NCBI GenBank assembly: GCA_050942955.1
Contig: JBMNOG010000005.1
Location: 307 to 64,306 of the forward strand
Direction of reading: 5' to 3'
Length of the DNA stretch: 64,000 nucleotides
DNA from: Patescibacteria group bacterium
GTDB lineage: Bacteria; Patescibacteriota; Microgenomatia; UBA1400; UBA1449
In this document: piece after piece, positions 1-9,258 of the stretch
How the letters are laid out: every line of letters begins with the position of its first letter
How positions within the stretch are numbered: the stretch's first letter is position 1
The notes under the pieces: generated by a model
What the model was told of the DNA's origin: nothing
The model's database searches: none
Seen by the model: the letters and a program-made list of their open reading frames with translations, nothing else
Made by a program: the position numbers and the translations under genes

Positions 1-458
1 AAGCCCTGAAACTATATTTTGCCAATTACAAAAAACTTTTTCCGGGAATACCTCATATTATCGAAAAAAACTTTGAAATTAGTATGGGGGATATAAACTT
101 AACCGGCAGGATTGACAGAGTTGACAAACTAAGTAAAAGTTTTGAACTCATTGACTATAAAACCGGTTCTTTAAAAGATCAGAAAGCGGTTGATAAAGAT
201 GACCAGTTGACTATCTACGCTATGGCTGCTAACAGCATTCTTGGGGAACTTCCTGAGACTTTGTCATTGTACTTTGTTGAAGTAGGCAAAAAAGTAACTA
301 CATACCGGACTGAAAAGCAGATCAAAGCAGTAAAAGATGAGATTACAGAAGTTGTTAAGGAAATCAGGAAAGGTAAATTTGAACCCAAACCAGGATTTGC
401 TTGCAGTTTTTGTCCTTACAACCAAATCTGTCCCTTTGCCGCTAAAAAGAACTATTGA
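1..458 (+). CDS. PD-(D/E)XK-family nuclease, C-terminal fragment (Cas4/AddB-like nuclease with C-terminal Cys cluster); gene starts upstream of the window
   Basis: The frame is open from nt 3 with no stop before the listed ATG at 84. The RIDRVD...ELIDYKTG motifs fit the D...ExK PD-(D/E)XK nuclease signature. The C-terminal CSFCPYNQICPF Cys cluster is typical of the Cas4/AddB Fe-S nuclease domain. Confidence 0.5.
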   Translation, partial: ALKLYFANYKKLFPGIPHIIEKNFEISMGDINLTGRIDRVDKLSKSFELIDYKTGSLKDQKAVDKDDQLTIYAMAANSILGELPETLSLYFVEVGKKVTTYRTEKQIKAVKDEITEVVKEIRKGKFEPKPGFACSFCPYNQICPFAAKKNY

Positions 459-459
459 C

Positions 460-1503
460 TTAAAAGGGTAGTTTTGCCTTAAGTTTTAACCATTTCCAGC
501 GCAGATTATCCGCTACTGTGTAAAGTTTGTACTTAGGCTCATCGATCACATAGTCATACGTGCCCACAAATTCCATAAGCGTAGGTCCATACCCCTCTTT
601 AAAACGGTGAAAGCCAATCCAGGGGTCCTTGGAGTTAGGATTTGGTCCCAGACTACCCCACATGTCAAAAGTACGACAATTCATTCTTTTCCCAAAACGA
701 ATAGCTTCCCACATTATAAGATTGCTGGCCATGACTTCACGGTTTTCAGAAGACGAAGCACCATAGGGATAATAGAGAATGTTGTTAAAAGTAAACACAA
801 TCCAGGTAACCAGTGTTTGACCTTGGTAAGTTGCTTTAAGAAGGTGAGCTATGCCTGAAGCATACATAGTTTCCCACATGTCTCGGTGATACTGACGGTT
901 ATGCGCATAAAAACCCTGACGCTTTGTTGTTTCTTCAAATGTAAGCCTAAGGTAATCCTCAAAAGCCTGGGGAGAATTATCCTCACTCACGACTACTCCC
1001 TTGCGTTCAGCCAGGCGGACGTTGTATCTGGTCTTTGATTTCATCTGGGCAAGGAGTTCTTCTTCTGATTTTGTTAAATCAAGCATGAAGCTGTACTTTG
1101 TAAACAAAGGTCTGCCGGGTATACATCCCATCTCTGTAAGGTATTCGTGAGACTTTGTAAAATTTGAAGAACTGTAATCGCTTACCGGATAATACACGTT
1201 TGGCTCAAGTTTAAAAAAGACAATTTGTTTAGCCAAAGCAAGGTCTTTTAGCGCTGCAAATACCTTTTTTTCGGGCAAGATGCTTTTAGGCATGTAACCT
1301 ATATAAAGTTGGGAAAACTTGGGAAGCGGGTGGAGAGTAATTTGAAAACCACTAATCATTTTATCTCCTTCAAACTCTCCCAGTCTAACTACTTCCACTC
1401 CGGTTTTTTTTCTGAATTCTCCCCATTCCCAGGACTGCAGGGGATGCGTGACAACTTGGTTAAAGGCGGTACGTTCTTCTGGTAGGATTTCCCTGATTAT
1501 CAT
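460..1503 (-). CDS. FemAB-family peptidoglycan interpeptide-bridge aminoacyltransferase
   Basis: 347 aa. KTRYNVRLAERKG and WEAIRFGK... resemble FemA/FemX motifs. Length and absence of TM segments are typical of Fem transferases. Confidence 0.7.
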   Translation of the reverse strand: MIIREILPEERTAFNQVVTHPLQSWEWGEFRKKTGVEVVRLGEFEGDKMISGFQITLHPLPKFSQLYIGYMPKSILPEKKVFAALKDLALAKQIVFFKLEPNVYYPVSDYSSSNFTKSHEYLTEMGCIPGRPLFTKYSFMLDLTKSEEELLAQMKSKTRYNVRLAERKGVVVSEDNSPQAFEDYLRLTFEETTKRQGFYAHNRQYHRDMWETMYASGIAHLLKATYQGQTLVTWIVFTFNNILYYPYGASSSENREVMASNLIMWEAIRFGKRMNCRTFDMWGSLGPNPNSKDPWIGFHRFKEGYGPTLMEFVGTYDYVIDEPKYKLYTVADNLRWKWLKLKAKLPF

Positions 1504-1574
1504 AGTGGTGCCATTTTAATGTTATAATGAAAAAGTTTGCAAACTCTACTTAGTTAACTACTGATTTTTGTCCG

Positions 1575-2687
1575 ATGTTGCCCTTTTACCATAAGATTAA
1601 ATTAGCATTTCCACGGCTTAAAAGAAAGCTTTTTCAGCACGTCTGGCTGGCAAGAATCATGATTTTAACAGGAATCATAGTTTTTATTGGTAGTTTATCT
1701 CTGCTTTTTGCGAAACCGCTGGAGATGCTTTTTGACAAAATTGTAACAGGTCCACAGGTTGTTTCTACTTTTTTTACTGATCCCCTGTACACACTGCCTT
1801 CTTACGATGGCCGTACGAATGTGTTATTTATTGGCATGGGTGGGGAAGAGCACGATGGATCAATGTTAACAGACACAATCATTTTTATTTCCCTGGATCT
1901 TAAAAACACAGGTGTAACTATGCTTTCAATCCCAAGAGATATCTGGGTTCCCTCAATTGAAGCTAAAATCAATGCCGCCTACGCTTTTGGAGAAAACAAA
2001 GAAAAAGGTGGGGGTTATCCTCTTATTGAAGATGCGGTTTACGAGATAGTGGGCCAACCGATTCATTATATTGTAAGTTTGGACTTTGAGAGTTTTACTC
2101 ACCTTATTGACCTTGTAGGGGGAATTGATGTTTATGTAGATAGAAGTTTTACAGACAACAACTACCCGATAAAAGGGAAAGAAAAAGACTTATGTGAAGG
2201 AGATCCCTTATACCGCTGTCGCTATGAAACTATTCACTTTGATAGGGGTGAGCAACACATGGATGGCGAAACAGCCCTTAAGTTTTCAAGATCAAGACAT
2301 GCAGAAGGTGAGGAAGGAACGGACTTTGCCAGATCATTAAGACAGCAGAAAGTGATACAGGCTCTAAAAGAAAAACTGGTTTCTTCAAAAATTCTGCTTA
2401 ATCCAAAAAAACTATGGGAATTTAAACAGTTAGCTTCTCAATACATCAAAGTAGAAGGGGAGCTTTCAGATAAAGAGTATGCCGCTTTTGCGGGTTTTGG
2501 GTTTTCGTTCTGGCGCTCTGGTAAAGAGATTAAAACACTGGTTCTTGAGATGGGTTCAGATGATAACCCTGGCTTTCTAGTGAGTCCCCCAATGGAAAAG
2601 TATGACCAGTGGGTTTTGGAGCCTCGTAGTGGAGGCTGGGAAGAGTTTCAGGCCTACTTGAGACTTAAATTAAAGGAAGATCTTTAA
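1575..2687 (+). CDS. LytR-CpsA-Psr (LCP) family cell-wall glycopolymer transferase
   Basis: N-terminal TM anchor followed by an LCP core: NVLFIGMGGEEHDGSMLTDTIIFISLD...LSIPRDIWVP...INAAYAFGE. Confidence 0.8.
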   Translation: MLPFYHKIKLAFPRLKRKLFQHVWLARIMILTGIIVFIGSLSLLFAKPLEMLFDKIVTGPQVVSTFFTDPLYTLPSYDGRTNVLFIGMGGEEHDGSMLTDTIIFISLDLKNTGVTMLSIPRDIWVPSIEAKINAAYAFGENKEKGGGYPLIEDAVYEIVGQPIHYIVSLDFESFTHLIDLVGGIDVYVDRSFTDNNYPIKGKEKDLCEGDPLYRCRYETIHFDRGEQHMDGETALKFSRSRHAEGEEGTDFARSLRQQKVIQALKEKLVSSKILLNPKKLWEFKQLASQYIKVEGELSDKEYAAFAGFGFSFWRSGKEIKTLVLEMGSDDNPGFLVSPPMEKYDQWVLEPRSGGWEEFQAYLRLKLKEDL

Positions 2688-2709
2688 TTTTTGAGTATTT
2701 TACTTAAAT

Positions 2710-4380
2710 TTATTTAATCTCATACACATTGCCGTAGGGTGACGCAATCAAAATATGATAATTTTCTTTGAAGAACTTTTCATTTGACATCAGTTCTTCC
2801 TGGGTTTTTCTATCGGTAACAACGAAGCGAATGTTGTATTTTTGAAGGAGTGTTTTAGCTTGAGGGGTCCCTCTATAAATTTGAGTAATATCTTTCTGCC
2901 TTTGGTTGTAATTAATGCCATGAGACCATAGCCAACCCCTATATCCCATAACAATTGACCTCCCTGAAGCCAATGGTACCCAATGCAAGTGATTATCTGA
3001 AGTAAGAACGATATCCTTTGGTTTTGAGTGCTCTCTTAAGAACTTAGCCAACTCAATTTCCTGTCCTGAAACCATCATATAAGATTCCTTTTGAGTATTT
3101 AAAACCCGTACTAGGTCAATTCCTCCTGAAGCAGTTAGACATAGAAATAAAAGTGCTGCCAGAATTTTTCCACCAAGGTGTTTTTCCCAAAGGGTAAGTA
3201 AAAAACCGGCAACAACAAAGCTGAAAATAAGGTAAACCCACAAGAGTAGTTTGGCATTATCCCAAGATGAAGGTTGAAAGGTGAAGAGATTGGCTAGCAA
3301 AAAGATAAAAATAAAGCCTGAGATAAACAGACCGGTTTTTGGTTTCTGCTTACCGACAAACATTCCGACAATAAACAAAGGAATCATAAGCCCCCAGTTT
3401 TTAAGCCAGAACCACCAAAACGGAATATTAAGCTCTCTTGGGTGAGATAACCAACCGGGTAAAAACTGAATGTACTGACTGTAGTCCGGACCGCTGAAAA
3501 AGATGAAAAAAGGTAATGCTGATACACTGGTTCCAAGTGCAAAACTAAGCCAGTGCTTGTAATGCTTTAAGTCAAACAAGAACAGATAAGCTGATAAGAA
3601 AAATAGCATGGCTAATGTGTGGTTATGAATGTATGCTAAAAGACCGCTAACTAGTCCAAGGCTTAGCATTTTTGCTAAGGAAACATCTTTAAAACTTTTT
3701 TGATAGTAAGAGAACAGGAAGTAAAGGATAAATAATCCAAAAGTCATGCCCAGTAAGAAAGCCCGCTGGGGTACCAAGTGTGCCAAAAGGGTGGTGGTCC
3801 AGTAGTAGCCGATATCTTTCATATGCGTATACTCATGAGGCGGGTATAAAGCTGTTTTAAGGGAAAAATTCTGAGCAAGGTCTTTGAAGTAATGGATAAA
3901 ACCAAGCCCGCCACTGGTTAGAAAAAGAGTAACAGCAAGGAGAGTCTGTCTGGAACTACCGGTTAAATGTTTCCCAAGTATGTAAAGCCCAAACAGAAGA
4001 AAAAAAGAGACGATTAAAGAAGGGATAATAAATGCGCTAACTGTATTAACACCTAAGCGTAATAGTAATCCGGAAATTAGGTTGAAGGTAAACGGGTAGG
4101 AAAGAGGTATGCCGGAGTATATAGGGTGATTTTGGAGAACGTGCAAAATTGGTTGGTATGCAAACGCATGGGCTTGGGTGATGTGCATTGCCCAGTCTCC
4201 CCAAATATTCCTCCAGCCTGCAACCAAATCTCCGGTTTTATTGGAGTAAAGCATCCTTGGCCAAAATAAGGCAAAGTACATTCCCCAGGTAAAGAAAAGC
4301 AAGAAAAGAGGTTTGATATTTTTCTTAATAAAACCGGCAACCTTTTTTTTAGTAACAATAAGTGGAATTAGCTGTTTCAT
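2710..4380 (-). CDS. Polytopic membrane protein, putative GT-C-fold glycosyltransferase (uncharacterised)
   Basis: 556 aa with more than 12 predicted TM helices and a soluble C-terminal domain. It is co-directional with, and 18 bp downstream of, the PMT-like gene. Confidence 0.4.
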   Translation of the reverse strand: MKQLIPLIVTKKKVAGFIKKNIKPLFLLFFTWGMYFALFWPRMLYSNKTGDLVAGWRNIWGDWAMHITQAHAFAYQPILHVLQNHPIYSGIPLSYPFTFNLISGLLLRLGVNTVSAFIIPSLIVSFFLLFGLYILGKHLTGSSRQTLLAVTLFLTSGGLGFIHYFKDLAQNFSLKTALYPPHEYTHMKDIGYYWTTTLLAHLVPQRAFLLGMTFGLFILYFLFSYYQKSFKDVSLAKMLSLGLVSGLLAYIHNHTLAMLFFLSAYLFLFDLKHYKHWLSFALGTSVSALPFFIFFSGPDYSQYIQFLPGWLSHPRELNIPFWWFWLKNWGLMIPLFIVGMFVGKQKPKTGLFISGFIFIFLLANLFTFQPSSWDNAKLLLWVYLIFSFVVAGFLLTLWEKHLGGKILAALLFLCLTASGGIDLVRVLNTQKESYMMVSGQEIELAKFLREHSKPKDIVLTSDNHLHWVPLASGRSIVMGYRGWLWSHGINYNQRQKDITQIYRGTPQAKTLLQKYNIRFVVTDRKTQEELMSNEKFFKENYHILIASPYGNVYEIK

Positions 4381-4398
4381 GCCGTTCCTAATTTTTAG

Positions 4399-5697
4399 TT
4401 ACTGCCACGATTCAAACCACTGAAACCGTTTCACTTCCTCTTTTGAAACAGGTATGGCTGTCCAGTAGGGGTAGAAAAACCAGAATAATATAAATGCTGC
4501 AGTCAGAAAAACAAGAGATATGTTTTTAAGTTTTGGACTGTATGAAGAGATTTTCTCCAGACTAAAAGCTAAGATAATGCCCAAGAAAGGAATGGCCGGC
4601 AAGTAATGGTAAAGAAACATAATCCTGGGAGAAAAGATCCAGGGCACCCAGAAAATGGCGTAGGCAATCAGAAGGTAAAACAACTTTTTCTCTTTATGAA
4701 CAATAGCGTACCAAATTGTAAAAGCAACAGCCAGTAACCCTCCCCAAAAAATTAAGGGATTGCCAAGGGCGTAAATATTCTCAACAGTAGTCTTGGAGTA
4801 ATCAACAAAGAACCAAACCGGACGTAGAAGAAGCGGCCAGCTTAAAGCTGATGATTGATAAGGGTGAGTAGCTTTCAAACCGGTATGATACCAGTACATT
4901 TGTTTTTGTAGTTCAACAAACTTATCCACTCCGTAATGATTAATAAGAGGCAGGTAGCTTAATAAGTAAACATCTACACCAACTACCAAATAAAGACTGA
5001 TAATTCCGGAAATTTTAAAAACAGTTTTTCCAATGACTTTCAGACTCTTTTTCCATGGAAAGTAGGTTAGGAGAGCCAAACCTATAAATCCTAAAGAGTA
5101 AATTGCTGTCCATTTTGTCGCTACTGCTGCTCCGAAAAGCAAGCTTGACAGTAAATAGTTTTTCTTTAAGAAAAAGTAAATCATAGAAAGTAAGAAAAAG
5201 GCCAGAATCGTATCTGCCAGGGCAGTACGCGACATAACCAGAAGTAAACCATCTAGAGCTGTGAGAGCAGCTGCCATTACCCCAATAGTAGGTTTTTTCG
5301 GGAAAAGCTCTTTGGCGATATGAAAAACAACAAAAGAAATAGCGACTCCAGCCAGAAGAGGCATGATTCTCCTGGAAAAACTGGATATTCCCAGAAGTTT
5401 AATAGGAACAGCCATGAAAAGCCGACCCATAGGTGGATGAGACCAATCGTAAGCAAACCCTTTTGGGGTTGGGTAGTCCCAGACCCAGGCTTTCATGTTT
5501 CCTTTTACATACTCTTCTGCAGTAAAACCTACATAAACCTCGTCAAAAACGTAAGTTTGAGGATGGTACAGATGCCAAGATTTTGTGGCGACAGCGAAAA
5601 AAAGAATAACAAGCAAAAACACTGTAGTTTTCTGTGGCTCGATAAACGTAGTGTAAAAACTGCGTATCATGTTACTCAAAATCTGTAATAGTTTCAT
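4399..5697 (-). CDS. PMT/GT39-family (protein O-mannosyltransferase-like) GT-C glycosyltransferase
   Basis: Loop-1 motif YVFDEVYVGF...DWSHPPMGRL matches the PMT signature (FDEVHFG...HPPLxK). Multi-TM topology. Confidence 0.65.
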   Translation of the reverse strand: MKLLQILSNMIRSFYTTFIEPQKTTVFLLVILFFAVATKSWHLYHPQTYVFDEVYVGFTAEEYVKGNMKAWVWDYPTPKGFAYDWSHPPMGRLFMAVPIKLLGISSFSRRIMPLLAGVAISFVVFHIAKELFPKKPTIGVMAAALTALDGLLLVMSRTALADTILAFFLLSMIYFFLKKNYLLSSLLFGAAVATKWTAIYSLGFIGLALLTYFPWKKSLKVIGKTVFKISGIISLYLVVGVDVYLLSYLPLINHYGVDKFVELQKQMYWYHTGLKATHPYQSSALSWPLLLRPVWFFVDYSKTTVENIYALGNPLIFWGGLLAVAFTIWYAIVHKEKKLFYLLIAYAIFWVPWIFSPRIMFLYHYLPAIPFLGIILAFSLEKISSYSPKLKNISLVFLTAAFILFWFFYPYWTAIPVSKEEVKRFQWFESWQ

Positions 5698-5748
5698 AGG
5701 AAAATTATATAAAATCTTCAGGCAGATGTTAACCTGAAAACTTTTGTG

Positions 5749-6900
5749 TTAGAAGAGAAGTCCAAGGACAACCAGGGCAATACCACCCAAAGTAAAGATA
5801 AGAGTAGGGGGTATTCCGCCCGCCTTTGGTAGTTCTGGTTTTTCCGGAGCCTGAGTAACAGGGGTTGGGGTGGGTTTTACTTTGCAAATGTTGTCATCTT
5901 TTTCATAATCGTCTTTGCATACGTATTCGCATTTTCTTGAGTCTGTGCATGAATCCACGAGCTTGCGAAGAGTATTAGCAGTAAGATTTTTGTCGTCGTC
6001 TTTGCAAAGCTCAGCGTTACTGGGAACATCGCCTGTACAACTATACGTAATAGGAACGCACTCCCCATCGTCATAGGTGTAATCATCATCACAAATGTAC
6101 TCACATTTGATCTCGTCAGTACATTTATCTACCAATGTTCTTTGAGTGTTTTCCGTTAAGCCTTCATTGTCTCCTGGACACATCTCTGAATCTTCAGGAA
6201 TATCTCCAGTACAGGAATATGTTGGGGTAACACACTCACCGTCTTCATAAATGTGGTCGTCGTCACAAATATACTCACACCATGCTCCAGTACACTCTTC
6301 TACAAGTTCATAGGTTTTGGGTTCAGTTAAAGGAGTTTCAGGGTCCTCACACGCTACCATGTCTTCAGGGACTTCGCCGTCACAAGAAAATGTCCCGACA
6401 GAAAAAGGAATTAAAGCTGAACATTCTTTCCCATCACTTATGTAGCCGGTAAACTCAACTAAACCCTCAGTCTCGCTTATGGTACAAGTGTATGTGATAG
6501 TTGTTGCATCATTCATTGTAGATGATGCTGGTAAACAGTCTATTACCCCAGACTCAGTAAAATCTATATTTTCTAGGTATTGACTATAGCTAAATGTAAA
6601 GGTGGCTTGTTCATTTAGGAGGGGCGGATTGGGATCGATGTCCGTAGTAATTTCAGGACATTCTATATCCGACAGTGTAAAGCTCACTTCGCAGCTTGGA
6701 GCTTGCTGATAGACCTCCGGTTCTTTCACAACTTCTGTTTGCTCTTCCACTTGACTGACTTCTGGTAATGGTGTCCCAGTTGGGGTTGGGGTAGGTTCCG
6801 GTTTTTTGCTGGATTCAAAATATAGTACAGCTGCACTTGAGCCGGCTATGGCAGTTGTAATTATGATAGCGATAATAAGGTAAAGTGTACTGCTTTTCAT
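5749..6900 (-). CDS. Secreted/surface Cys-rich repeat protein with a PT-rich linker and C-terminal LPKAG plus hydrophobic segment
   Basis: N-terminal signal/TM, then a PEPTPTPTGTP linker. Three diverged tandem copies of a ~50-aa CEY[IV]C[DK]DD...GECV module. The C-terminus ends in LPKAGG followed by a hydrophobic helix. Confidence 0.6.
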   Translation of the reverse strand: MKSSTLYLIIAIIITTAIAGSSAAVLYFESSKKPEPTPTPTGTPLPEVSQVEEQTEVVKEPEVYQQAPSCEVSFTLSDIECPEITTDIDPNPPLLNEQATFTFSYSQYLENIDFTESGVIDCLPASSTMNDATTITYTCTISETEGLVEFTGYISDGKECSALIPFSVGTFSCDGEVPEDMVACEDPETPLTEPKTYELVEECTGAWCEYICDDDHIYEDGECVTPTYSCTGDIPEDSEMCPGDNEGLTENTQRTLVDKCTDEIKCEYICDDDYTYDDGECVPITYSCTGDVPSNAELCKDDDKNLTANTLRKLVDSCTDSRKCEYVCKDDYEKDDNICKVKPTPTPVTQAPEKPELPKAGGIPPTLIFTLGGIALVVLGLLF

Positions 6901-6903
6901 ATG

Positions 6904-8403
6904 TTAGTATTCGTCCTGAATATGCCCCCAGCTGGTGCATGTATTGTTGGTATGACATATCTGACATTCGACAGTATAAGTCCCAGATGCTGCATCTTCT
7001 GGAATAAAATAATCCCACATGGCCTCTTTATTCTCATTTAAAGCAACGCCAGTTATACCTGTGTCTGGGATAATTTCATTGTTTAAAAGAACTCTAAAAT
7101 TGGCACTGCTGGCGTTGCTACCACTACCTTTGCAGGTGTAAGTGACAGTTTGTCCTCTGCTAGGATTGGAATTGGACGGGGAAAGCTCTGTACAGCTAAG
7201 TGGTTCTTGTACTTCTTCTACTGTAATCCATTTGATGCAGTTGTTACTACACGAAATTCCAAGGTTTTGCCAGTCAGCGGCATCTACAACACAGCGGTTT
7301 AATCCGACTGTGTTTTCATATAGAATACCCCCTACGGCACACAAGTACTTACACTGATTGCTTTCATATGCATTAGTCTCAAAAGCATAGATGCCAGGCT
7401 CGGTTGGAGTAAAAGTTCCCCTAATAGTATTACTACCTGTTGTTTCTAAGGTTGCAATACCAGTCCCTAAGATTACTCTACCTTTTTCCATGTTTGCTTC
7501 TGGAACCTTTGCATAACGGATAACCCCATAGTCACTTACATTTGCCTCAATAGATACGCTTGAACCCACTTGAGTTGTAGTACTACTTACTTTAAGACTA
7601 TTACAAGAGAAGTTTGGGTAAGTAGGAGTTGAGCAAAGACTATTATTCCAGCTGCAGCCAGTTGCCGCTCTCTGCCAGCCAGCTCCACTTACATCAAGTT
7701 GATAAATTCCACAAGTCGCTGGGGATGATAAGTCCATACATTCTCCAGGATCAAGAGTTACTGTGCGTGATTGACAACCGACACCTTTATTTGCATCAGC
7801 TTCGCACTGATCTTTGGTTTTGTCAGGCCAGTATTCTTCTTTACATTCTGCCACAGATAAGTCTACCGAGCTTCCTCCGGTATTACAAAAATGGTACGCA
7901 TCTCCTTCTAGAACTGCATCACCTGGTCCTTGGTTTACTTGGCAGGATCCGTTCAGCCAAGTACATCTTTCTCCATGAGTCCAGCATGTTGATTCATCTC
8001 CAATAGAGGTGCAAGGGGTGCAGGATCCATAGTGACACACTTGATCATCGCTACAGTCACTATTACTATCACAGTTAGAACTATCGTTATCACTACTATT
8101 ATCATCGCTATTGCTGCAAGGCCCAGCGCATTCTGTTCTACACTCTCCCCAAGAAGAACTCCATGTTCCATTTTCACATCGCCAAACTTCTGCTTCTCCT
8201 GCATCTTCATTACATCCACCGCAATTACCTGTACACCTCCGACTATAGGAACCTTCGGGAGAACAAGGTTCTCCTTGAGAAACAAATATCTCTGGAAGAG
8301 TTTGTTCTGAAAGTCTTAATGCTGTGATAACCGACCCTACACCCAAAGCGATGCAGACAAAAAAGACGAAAAGTGGTAGGACTTGGCCGGCGTTTCTCTT
8401 CAT
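6904..8403 (-). CDS. Secreted Cys-rich (~60 Cys) protein with an Asp/Ser/Asn low-complexity stretch
   Basis: N-terminal signal peptide MKRNAGQVLPLFVFFVCIALG. Dense Cys content. SDNDSSNCDSNSD low-complexity region at nt 8030-8110. The start lies 2 nt from the stop of the upstream gene. Confidence 0.55.
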   Translation of the reverse strand: MKRNAGQVLPLFVFFVCIALGVGSVITALRLSEQTLPEIFVSQGEPCSPEGSYSRRCTGNCGGCNEDAGEAEVWRCENGTWSSSWGECRTECAGPCSNSDDNSSDNDSSNCDSNSDCSDDQVCHYGSCTPCTSIGDESTCWTHGERCTWLNGSCQVNQGPGDAVLEGDAYHFCNTGGSSVDLSVAECKEEYWPDKTKDQCEADANKGVGCQSRTVTLDPGECMDLSSPATCGIYQLDVSGAGWQRAATGCSWNNSLCSTPTYPNFSCNSLKVSSTTTQVGSSVSIEANVSDYGVIRYAKVPEANMEKGRVILGTGIATLETTGSNTIRGTFTPTEPGIYAFETNAYESNQCKYLCAVGGILYENTVGLNRCVVDAADWQNLGISCSNNCIKWITVEEVQEPLSCTELSPSNSNPSRGQTVTYTCKGSGSNASSANFRVLLNNEIIPDTGITGVALNENKEAMWDYFIPEDAASGTYTVECQICHTNNTCTSWGHIQDEY

Positions 8404-8405
8404 AA

Positions 8406-9209
8406 CTACTTTAGGACTGGCAAAGCTTCTAACTGGGTTGGCAGTTTACTGTTGATAATCAAAAAAGAAATTACTAACGATACAATCAAAAATAGTGGGC
8501 CAAGAATTAAGAGAAGCTTGGCAACGTTGCCACCCTTTTTAACTTTCTTTTGTTCATTTGAAGGGTCTTTATCAGAACCAGATGTAGAAGCAGAACCTTT
8601 GGTATGAATTGTAGAAGGAAATGTACTCTCTGATTTATTAATAGTGGAGGGATCACTCTCAGTGTTGACTATTGGAGGTGGTACAACCATATCTCTGTTA
8701 TCCATTCCCGGGGATTTTTCACTAACAGGGGGTTCAGGTGCTGGGAAAACAGGAGGTAAAGTCTCTTCGAAATCATTACCTTGGTCAGCTGAAGCAAGTA
8801 TGTTATCGCTTTTAGTTGGAAGCTGGGGAGGTTTATCTGATTTTTTGGAGGTAACTTTGTCTACTCTCTCTTCAATTTCGCTATCTGTAACAGAAGAGTC
8901 TATTTTGGGTTGCACAAGAACAGGTCCAACCCCTTTTGGTTCAGGAGCTAAAGCTAAAGATTGGGGTTTAAGAAGGTCATCTGTTTCTTCGAGAGCTTTC
9001 AAGTCTTCTGGAGGGATATCGATTTCAATTGGCTTCTCTTCAGATTCTTTAGGTTCGTGTCTAGTTGTACTAATATTACCTTTCAGCTCTTCGTCCCCCC
9101 CTTTAGGCTTAGAAAGTGGAGTAGGAGAACTTGGGGTAGTGCTGGTAGTTTTAGTATCACTTGAAAAAGTACTAGAAGATGAGGTAGTGGAAAGTGAATC
9201 AAAATCCAT
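8406..9209 (-). CDS. Ser/Thr/Pro-rich disordered protein with a C-terminal TM anchor
   Basis: 267 aa, STP-rich, with C-terminal LLLILGPLFLIVSLVISFLII. It is co-directional with its neighbours. A 192-aa ORF on the opposite strand spans the same low-complexity DNA and was judged less likely. Confidence 0.4.
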   Translation of the reverse strand: MDFDSLSTTSSSSTFSSDTKTTSTTPSSPTPLSKPKGGDEELKGNISTTRHEPKESEEKPIEIDIPPEDLKALEETDDLLKPQSLALAPEPKGVGPVLVQPKIDSSVTDSEIEERVDKVTSKKSDKPPQLPTKSDNILASADQGNDFEETLPPVFPAPEPPVSEKSPGMDNRDMVVPPPIVNTESDPSTINKSESTFPSTIHTKGSASTSGSDKDPSNEQKKVKKGGNVAKLLLILGPLFLIVSLVISFLIINSKLPTQLEALPVLK

Positions 9210-9258
9210 AAATATTACTTAATTTATAATAGAATTTATAGTTTTTATCTGTCAATAT

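Noticed and set aside
4077-4358. 93-aa ORF antisense-frame within the GT-C membrane protein gene. Similar small ORFs sit inside lepA, secA, ppsA and the TMEM260-like genes
   Set aside because: They are embedded in longer, better-supported genes and have no independent signals.
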